From IMG/VR virus record IMGVR_UViG_3300027533_000062, positions 1 to 31,887 of that record: a DNA stretch of 31,887 nucleotides, one strand, 5' to 3'. Made by a program: the position numbers and the translations under genes. Below are positions 26,282 through 31,887 of the stretch, piece by piece. Under the pieces are notes generated by a model. That model made no database searches and was not told where the DNA came from. It saw only the letters and a list, made by a program, of their open reading frames with translations. Numbering within the stretch: the first letter of the stretch is position 1; every line of letters starts with the position of its first letter. Source of the stretch: a virus. Taxonomy: Duplodnaviria > Caudoviricetes.

Positions 26282-26515
26282 TTACTTCCGTTTGGTTGTC
26301 CCGGTCTGCTGACCGAGCGCGTTGTAGAACGTGGTGCCGGTGGAGTTGGTAACAGCCCGACCCGTTTGCTGGCCGAGTGAATTGTAGAACGTGGTGCCGG
26401 TGGATGTGGTCGTGGAACGCCCAACGACTTGTCCGTTGGCATTGCGGTACGTTTCACCCCAAGCCATCGCCTGAGTTGACAAGGTCAGCAGAATTAAAAC
26501 GATAACGGTTTTCAT
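26282..26515 (-). CDS. Small secreted beta-hairpin repeat protein
   Basis: Signal peptide MKTVIVLILLTLSTQAMA; three 20-aa repeats T.YN..GQ..GR; RBS GAAGGA. Confidence 0.75.
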   Translation of the reverse strand: MKTVIVLILLTLSTQAMAWGETYRNANGQVVGRSTTTSTGTTFYNSLGQQTGRAVTNSTGTTFYNALGQQTGTTKRK

Positions 26516-26544
26516 GATGGTCGTCCTTCTGTTTTTGAATTGGG

Positions 26545-26666
26545 GTGCGGCGGTCGATGGCCTTGAACGGCACACAACACCTGCCGACCGAAAGGACCGC
26601 AGGCCATCTTTCTAAACACCGATTCCGCCGCTAACCGATGATGACTAACCTCTCGGTCGGAGCAGA
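26545..26666. ncRNA. Candidate structured intergenic RNA / leader
   Basis: Nested inverted repeats GCGGCGG/CCGCCGC, GATGGCCT/AGGCCATC and CGGCA/TGCCG; no known family recognised. Confidence 0.3.
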
Positions 26667-27080
26667 TTAAGCTTTCTTTTGTGGAGACATCCCGTCGAAC
26701 ACCTCATCAGAATAAAGATCAGGTGGTAACGGATGTCTTGCATGATGGCCGCCATCTTCCGGTGTCCCCGGACGGTACGCTTCCGCCTCCAGTGGCATGG
26801 CGGTCAATGGCGGCGGTACTGGCGAGACAACGATGCGGTCTGCTACAAGCGTCGCATACCCAGCGATGTCGTGCCAGTGGTCATGGAAGTTTGGATTGCC
26901 CGCAAGGATGCGGGCAATTTTGTGCGCGATGATTGCCAAGGCTTCCCGCTGGCAATCATTCAGTCTGTCGTAGTTGTCCTGGCGCTCGATCACGCGCTTG
27001 AGTTCCTGCGTGATGCGGGCGTGGACAGTGTAGTCACCATGCGTGGTGCTACGTTGGTTCAGTGTGTCCTTGATCGCCAT
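26667..27080 (-). CDS. DUF6378-like phage protein
   Basis: R...HGDY...QREAL.II.HKIARIL.G.PN..DHW.DIAGYA. Confidence 0.8.
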   Translation of the reverse strand: MAIKDTLNQRSTTHGDYTVHARITQELKRVIERQDNYDRLNDCQREALAIIAHKIARILAGNPNFHDHWHDIAGYATLVADRIVVSPVPPPLTAMPLEAEAYRPGTPEDGGHHARHPLPPDLYSDEVFDGMSPQKKA

Positions 27081-27330
27081 TTTGTTTTGCCTTCTTGGGT
27101 TTCTTTTCCAGAACCGGCTTCAGTTGGCGGTTGAGGACGTGGCCTTCTTTGCCGAACAAGTCTGCGCGGTCATAGCGGACCGTGCTCATTTCTTCACCGC
27201 GTCTTAGCACGGTAGCGAGGCCCTCCTCGTCACCGTACTCGAACACGTAGACACGTTCGCGCCCGGTCAATGCTGCCAGTTCGGCGGGAGGGGTTGGATC
27301 CCTCCCGCCTTTGCCTGCCAGCTTCATCAA
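27049..27330 (-). CDS. Hypothetical protein (small beta-barrel-like)
   Basis: ORF in a tightly packed operon. Confidence 0.55.
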   Translation of the reverse strand: MMKLAGKGGRDPTPPAELAALTGRERVYVFEYGDEEGLATVLRRGEEMSTVRYDRADLFGKEGHVLNRQLKPVLEKKPKKAKQNGDQGHTEPT

Positions 27331-27341
27331 CTCGAGCGTGA

Positions 27342-28028
27342 CTACTTTCCCTTGGAGATAAACTCCCCGCCCTTCGCTCGCACGAAGTTCAGCGGCGTCG
27401 TGGGCTTCAGGCCGGACAAGGCGCGAAGCGTGCCGTAGGTCTTGCCGTCGCTCTTGGCGCAGAGCTCGAACCGCTTGTACGGACCGGAGCCCTCCTTGAA
27501 CGGGTTCTTAAAAGATTTATTCACCTTCAGAACCGCGTCGTCGGGGATGCGCTTCCCGCCGTTGCTCTTTGCCGCCTTCGCCTTCACGTTGGTCTTCGCA
27601 GTCTTGGTCTTCTTGGCCACAGGGGCCTCCTTTTTGTTTGCTGCTTTTGCAGCGGGTTTCGCGGCGGGTGCCGCCTTCTTGGTCTTCGCCTTCGTAACGG
27701 ATTTCTTGGGAGCTTCCTCAGCTTCCGCTTCGTTCGCAGCTTCCGTCACGTCTGCGATCTGCTTCTTCGCCGCCTTGGCTTTGGTGACATCCTCAACAAA
27801 TTCTCCGACGACTGCCTTGGTGACGTCGGTCTGCTCTTCAAGCTTCTTTTCCTGCATAACCTTGCTCCTCATTGATGGCGCTCTCCAAGTGCGCAGTCGC
27901 TCGCGCGCCGCATCGAGCAACTGTGTTTCCTCAAAGGTCAGGCGTGGCCTGCGCTCTTCGAGGGATACCCTGTCCAGGAGATCGCTGCGATTCAGCGTGC
28001 TCCAGCTTTCAAGCCGTATGCCAGCCAT
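27342..28028 (-). CDS. Histone H1-like Lys/Ala-rich DNA-binding protein with globular C-terminal domain (alternative start 27857)
   Basis: KAKTKKAAPAAKPAAKAANKK tract; strong internal RBS GAGGAG before MQEKK. Confidence 0.72.
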   Translation of the reverse strand: MAGIRLESWSTLNRSDLLDRVSLEERRPRLTFEETQLLDAARERLRTWRAPSMRSKVMQEKKLEEQTDVTKAVVGEFVEDVTKAKAAKKQIADVTEAANEAEAEEAPKKSVTKAKTKKAAPAAKPAAKAANKKEAPVAKKTKTAKTNVKAKAAKSNGGKRIPDDAVLKVNKSFKNPFKEGSGPYKRFELCAKSDGKTYGTLRALSGLKPTTPLNFVRAKGGEFISKGK

Positions 28029-28030
28029 GA

Positions 28031-28615
28031 TCAGTCCTTTTCTAGGCGAAGTACATACCAGCCCTGTTTGAAGATTGGAATTTCCTCAGTCATACGCCAG
28101 CCATGCTTGCGCACCCATTGCAAGAACTTGCGCCGGTCGTGCGTTGCAGTGTTGGACTTGAGGATGTAGGCATCACCGAACCTGATGGTCAGTATGATAT
28201 TCCTTTCGGCGGCCTGCATGAACTGTTCCATGGCGGTCAGCATGGCAGGCTCGTCGATCAGGTCCAGGAACCTGACACTGACAATGGTCTGCACACGAGG
28301 CAGTTGATCCTCGAGTATATTGCCGACAGACAATTTCAGATTCTTGGCTCCAGGTTTCTTGCGGGCTTGCGCCAGCATCTCCTCGCTGGAATCTATCCCC
28401 CACCCTTTCAATTTCAGCTTGTGATAGAGCGGGATGAACCGACCGGTGCCTACCGGTGCGTCCAGTATGGGGGTTCTTCTTATGGTGCCGCCAAGCATGT
28501 CGGCAACGATTGAATTTTCCTGGTGCCATCGCAATTGTTTCTTGCGCTTGGTTTCGTAGTTGGACGCCATCGCACCGATATATTTCTTCGCGGTGCGCTG
28601 ATGCAGTTTGGTCAT
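28031..28615 (-). CDS. Class I SAM-dependent methyltransferase
   Basis: Motif I ILDAPVGTGRF and GIDSSEEMLAQARKK; start placed at the ATGA overlap at 28615. Confidence 0.88.
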   Translation of the reverse strand: MTKLHQRTAKKYIGAMASNYETKRKKQLRWHQENSIVADMLGGTIRRTPILDAPVGTGRFIPLYHKLKLKGWGIDSSEEMLAQARKKPGAKNLKLSVGNILEDQLPRVQTIVSVRFLDLIDEPAMLTAMEQFMQAAERNIILTIRFGDAYILKSNTATHDRRKFLQWVRKHGWRMTEEIPIFKQGWYVLRLEKD

Positions 28616-28818
28616 TGACATTTGCAGTACCCCTGACACTTGGGACAATCGCATTCCAGGTGCTTCGCCGCGGCGCATTGGTATGCCGCGAAAAATATTT
28701 TGCAGAACTTGCACTGGCGCTGGATCAGGCCCTGATCCTCTGCCGCTTCGCGGGCGGCAGAGGCCAAGGTTCCAGGCAAGTCACGCAGTGATGCGTGGCC
28801 TCGCGGACGCTTTGTCAT
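28612..28818 (-). CDS. Cys-rich zinc-binding protein
   Basis: CKFC...ECDCPKCQGYCKC; ATGA overlaps at both ends. Confidence 0.65.
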   Translation of the reverse strand: MTKRPRGHASLRDLPGTLASAAREAAEDQGLIQRQCKFCKIFFAAYQCAAAKHLECDCPKCQGYCKCQ

Positions 28819-29126
28819 AGCGACATGGCCTCCGCGATGTCGGGCCAAACCCTTTTGATATAGGTCGGGTCGCAGGATTTGGACTTGCCCTTGTTGAAGT
28901 TCTGCCGGTCGTTGAGCCACCACGTACATTCTTGCATGAAGATATCGTAATGCTCATCCGATTCCATATAGCCTTGCCACAGTGCCACGACGGCACTGTC
29001 GAGCGTGATGTCCTCACGCTCGAACAGTCTGGCAACCTCCTCCGGCTCTGGCGTAGCCATGCCGAGATTGGTGCCGCCGATTACTGCAGCCAGCACGATC
29101 AGCTTATTTCCTGTGAGTTTGCTCAT
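28815..29126 (-). CDS. Hypothetical protein
   Basis: Coupled ORF, 103 aa. Confidence 0.65.
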   Translation of the reverse strand: MSKLTGNKLIVLAAVIGGTNLGMATPEPEEVARLFEREDITLDSAVVALWQGYMESDEHYDIFMQECTWWLNDRQNFNKGKSKSCDPTYIKRVWPDIAEAMSL

Positions 29127-29344
29127 GCTGACACCGCTTCAAACTGTTGCTTCAGGTATTTCTTGTGCGAACCACAGACCACGCATTTTCCGTGTCCGTA
29201 GGCGAAGTTGCCATGTTCGCCCTCACAGAACCCGTTTTCGCAGGTGATGCAGTACCGCGCGGTCTGGCGAAGACGGCGGAACGCCGCCTCGCAGATGCGG
29301 CATGGCACCCACTCGCCAGCAAGGATTGCAGTTTTGTCACTCAT
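29123..29344 (-). CDS. Zinc-finger protein (C2-C2-C/H-C2)
   Basis: CRIC...CITC...FCEGEH...CVVC; RBS AGGAAAGGA. Confidence 0.72.
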   Translation of the reverse strand: MSDKTAILAGEWVPCRICEAAFRRLRQTARYCITCENGFCEGEHGNFAYGHGKCVVCGSHKKYLKQQFEAVSA

Positions 29345-29358
29345 TTGATTTTCCTTTC

Positions 29359-29472
29359 CTATATTTCTGAGCTGTCGAAGCACAGATGCGTGGTACGGCC
29401 CGATGACATCCAGCGGGCGAAGTCGTCGTAGTACCAGAACATCCAGTAGTGATAGAGGTCGAGGTCAGTCAT
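29359..29472 (-). CDS. Tiny aromatic-rich peptide (37 aa)
   Basis: RBS GGAAGGA and ATGA overlap; MTDLDLYHYWMFWYYDD. Confidence 0.45.
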   Translation of the reverse strand: MTDLDLYHYWMFWYYDDFARWMSSGRTTHLCFDSSEI

Positions 29473-29702
29473 TTGGTTTCCTTCCAATAAATGTCGATGA
29501 GGGAACGCGCGATGGCGATGGCCTGCCGGTCGTCGGCCTGCAGGGCCTCCAGTTCCGCCTGCCCGCCAATGCCCTGTTCGCGGTTGGCACTGGCACCTTC
29601 CAGGCGTTCGGCGCACAAGGAAAGCGCCACAAGGGCAGTTTCCAATTCACGCGTCATTGCACGCTGCAGCTTGTCCTGCAGCACATCACCAATCCTAAGC
29701 AT
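29469..29702 (-). CDS. Hypothetical helical protein
   Basis: RBS AAAGGA before MLRIGD. Confidence 0.65.
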   Translation of the reverse strand: MLRIGDVLQDKLQRAMTRELETALVALSLCAERLEGASANREQGIGGQAELEALQADDRQAIAIARSLIDIYWKETK

Positions 29703-29982
29703 TGTCGTCTGTCCTTTCCACTGGCAATGCACAGCGCATCGCGTCGATCCAAAGTTTCAGGTCGGCCATGGCCCGGTCAATTTCCGTACGCTTGTACGTC
29801 TTGCCGGAGTACGACGTCGCCATCTGCAACGCCCTAGTTATGGTCCAACCACGCGAAGGCTTGATGCCAACCTTGAGGAGCCCCAAGCCGGAGCGCAGGG
29901 CAGTGGCCTGAAACAGCATTACCGCATCAGGCCCCGCAAACATTGTCCCACCCTTGCCGTGCGAAATATACGAGTCGTCCAT
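29695..29982 (-). CDS. Hypothetical phage protein
   Basis: RBS GAGGAG; 95 aa. Confidence 0.72.
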   Translation of the reverse strand: MDDSYISHGKGGTMFAGPDAVMLFQATALRSGLGLLKVGIKPSRGWTITRALQMATSYSGKTYKRTEIDRAMADLKLWIDAMRCALPVERTDDNA

Positions 29983-29983
29983 T

Positions 29984-30211
29984 TTATCTTCTCCTCTGGG
30001 CCATAGCCCGGTTCCACTTCTGAGTCAGCTCTTCCAGGTAGTTCATGTCGGCGCGGTAGATGGCTTCGCCACCATCACCGCACTTGTCAGCGTCGGTGGC
30101 AGCACCGTATCGGGCGACGTAGCCCTCCAGCGAACTGCCGCAGCTGTCGATCCACAGAATCTGCAGACCCACTTGCTCCTTCCAAAAATTTTCCTTATTG
30201 ATCCTAGGCAT
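29984..30211 (-). CDS. Hypothetical phage protein (GYVARYG...GDGGEAIY.AD)
   Basis: ORF in operon, start at MPRINK. Confidence 0.65.
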   Translation of the reverse strand: MPRINKENFWKEQVGLQILWIDSCGSSLEGYVARYGAATDADKCGDGGEAIYRADMNYLEELTQKWNRAMAQRRR

Positions 30212-30245
30212 GGTGTTACTGTCTTTCTGTTTTGAGGGTTGAGAT

Positions 30246-30464
30246 TTAGCCTTCAGTCTTGAGCCAGCGACCATCACTTTGGCGCTGGTATTTCTGCGCC
30301 AAGCCGAGACCGGTTTTGCCGATCCCGTACTTGGGCCACGAGATGGGCGACATGAACGCCCATGGACCTATGCGGGTCTTGCCATCGTAGAACGTGTCGG
30401 TAATAGGCAGACCAAAATCATCGGTCGATGGTGGCTGGCCTATCCAGTATTTTTTCTGTGTCAT
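30246..30464 (-). CDS. Hypothetical phage protein (FYDGKTR.GPWAFM...GLG..Q.Y)
   Basis: Coupled ORF, 72 aa. Confidence 0.72.
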   Translation of the reverse strand: MTQKKYWIGQPPSTDDFGLPITDTFYDGKTRIGPWAFMSPISWPKYGIGKTGLGLAQKYQRQSDGRWLKTEG

Positions 30465-30655
30465 TGGTCGTCCATCACTTGCGCCATGAACATGGCGGGT
30501 TTGAACTTTGGATTGTCCTTAGCAAAAACGCGGCAGAGGATTTCCGCCGCGATTATCCTGTCATGAGGGGCAGCAACTTTGCGCAGCCCCTCTATCATGT
30601 GTTCGTAGTGCTTCTGGGTAAACACTGGAACATGGAAGGGGAGGACGGTGTTCAT
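30461..30655 (-). CDS. Hypothetical phage protein (F..DNPKF...F)
   Basis: RBS GGAGGAGG; ATGA overlap. Confidence 0.7.
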   Translation of the reverse strand: MNTVLPFHVPVFTQKHYEHMIEGLRKVAAPHDRIIAAEILCRVFAKDNPKFKPAMFMAQVMDDQ

Positions 30656-31479
30656 GCTGCTTCCTCCTCCCCCACGTACCGCGCCATCACGCGCTTGACC
30701 CAAGCGACCGGATCCTTGGTCATTGCGTCATCGAGATAGATCGGCGGGATGTACATCAGTTCCTGGCCCGAGAACACATTCTTGAGCCGCTCTTCCGCTG
30801 TCCGGCAGTGCAAGCCATGGCTGTCGAACGGCCAATGTCCATGCGGCATCTTGAGTTCCGCATGCGCCATTTCGTAGCCGAAGCCGCGTGCCATGGCCGT
30901 CGCCGACACATGATACGCTGCACGCGCCAAGTCCAGCGGGGCAGTGTCGATGCGCCACGCAACGGTCGCCGACCATCGCGTGTTGCCAAGGGACGTACCG
31001 ACCCACAGTTCCACCGGCCGATGCTCGACCAGCAGGCGGGTGAGTGCCAGCAGCACAACGCCGCGAGCCTGCACGTCCGCCGCGCTGATGCCCGCGCTGC
31101 TCGTCAGGTCCATGTAGATGGCGAGCGGTGCGGTTTCACGCATCGTACGTTGCCGACGCCGCATGCACTGCGGATGGCCAGCCAAGAACGCAGGCACGTT
31201 CGGCACCGCGCCGACCACGTCGTCGACGTTGCGCCAGCCCCGAGACATCGGGACCTGATCTTCGATCTTGGCCAAGTGCGCATCTGACTTGGCGACGAGG
31301 GCGTTGTCACCTGTTTCAATGCGCTGCTTGAATTCCTGGTACGTGCCACCGTACCAGCCGCCGCCGACCTTGCGAGCCAGAAGATCCGCGTGCTTCTGTG
31401 CCATGGCTGGCAGTTCGCCAGCTTCCAGCAGAAGATAGTCGTCCTTGCCGTACTTGGTGTCGTTGCTAATGCGTCTCAT
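30652..31479 (-). CDS. vWA/CobT-like partner of the MoxR AAA ATPase (DUF7192-like)
   Basis: DVVGAVPNVPAFLAG.P.CM motif and degenerate MIDAS IYMDLTSS; directly downstream of the AAA gene. Confidence 0.68.
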   Translation of the reverse strand: MRRISNDTKYGKDDYLLLEAGELPAMAQKHADLLARKVGGGWYGGTYQEFKQRIETGDNALVAKSDAHLAKIEDQVPMSRGWRNVDDVVGAVPNVPAFLAGHPQCMRRRQRTMRETAPLAIYMDLTSSAGISAADVQARGVVLLALTRLLVEHRPVELWVGTSLGNTRWSATVAWRIDTAPLDLARAAYHVSATAMARGFGYEMAHAELKMPHGHWPFDSHGLHCRTAEERLKNVFSGQELMYIPPIYLDDAMTKDPVAWVKRVMARYVGEEEAA

Positions 31480-31480
31480 A

Positions 31481-31887
31481 TCAAACTCCCACTTCCACTT
31501 GTTTGCGCTGTTCCGGCTTCAGGTTGGCGAGATACGTGAACGTTGCCGCATCGTCTGCGGTGTAGCCAGCTTCGATGAGCGACTGACCGGCCATCGCGGC
31601 GCGGGTGTCGATCATCACTTTCAAGCCAGCCGAGCGGGCATTGCCGCGAGCATTGCGGACGCGTGCCAGCCAATCAGCGTTCGTAACGATTGCCTCTTCC
31701 AGCACGGGGTCGATGTCCCATGCCAGCTTGATGGGGAAGCGGCTCAAGAACGCCGCGTCCAACTTTGTTGCGCCGGAATAGTTGGCGTCTGCACCAAGTC
31801 CCCACGTATTCGCCGTGCAGATAATGATGCAGTCCTTGTGCCGCTTGACTTGCTTGTCCGGGAAAGTGGCCACACCGTTTGCAAGGT
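31481..31887 (-). CDS. MoxR/CobS-like AAA+ ATPase, C-terminal part (truncated by the window)
   Basis: LANG..TFPD..V.RH.DC.IICTANT.G.GA..Y.G...LDAAFLSRF (sensor 1 and Arg finger). Confidence 0.88.
   Translation of the reverse strand, partial: LANGVATFPDKQVKRHKDCIIICTANTWGLGADANYSGATKLDAAFLSRFPIKLAWDIDPVLEEAIVTNADWLARVRNARGNARSAGLKVMIDTRAAMAGQSLIEAGYTADDAATFTYLANLKPEQRKQVEVGV

Noticed and set aside
26322-26404. 23-bp exact repeat with 60-bp period, CRISPR-like spacing
   Set aside because: Only two copies, the spacers resemble each other, and the period matches the 20-aa protein repeat of ORF 26282-26515. No cas genes are visible.
26560-26660. Hammerhead or HDV-like ribozyme
   Set aside because: GAAA and GATGATGA are present, but the CUGANGA core and the required stem order or HDV pseudoknot could not be assembled by eye.
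27442-28071. 209-aa hydrophobic + strand ORF
   Set aside because: Antisense shadow of the Lys/Ala-rich gene (AAG/AAA read as Leu/Phe).
28031-28615. DNA methyltransferase / anti-restriction enzyme
   Set aside because: No DPPY/NPPY or PC catalytic motif seen; it looks like a small-molecule or protein class I MTase.

Overview
Fragment of a tailed phage or prophage with a contractile (P2-like, myovirus) tail; the host is probably an alphaproteobacterium (inferred from the VPGP-type sorting motif). From 1 to 17.8 kb on the + strand runs a late operon: baseplate J and I, a large virion protein, tail fibre and chaperone, sheath (split and apparently internally deleted), tube, chaperone, tape measure with C-terminal muralytic domains, GpU/GpX/GpD, a three-domain endolysin and a holin candidate. 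After a terminator, an accessory cassette (17.98-20.2 kb) starts with a secreted VPGP/PEP-CTERM-type protein and a mini-collagen. The rest is mostly small minus-strand genes: zinc fingers, a histone H1-like protein, a SAM methyltransferase, DUF6378 and a MoxR/CobS AAA + vWA-like pair. These are interrupted by a + strand block (NrdR/Ogr-like Zn ribbon, VRR-NUC-like nuclease) and a ~370 bp GC-rich repeat and hairpin element. No integrase, capsid, terminase, tRNA, CRISPR array or reverse transcriptase is visible. All family assignments come from motif recognition by eye, not from database searches.
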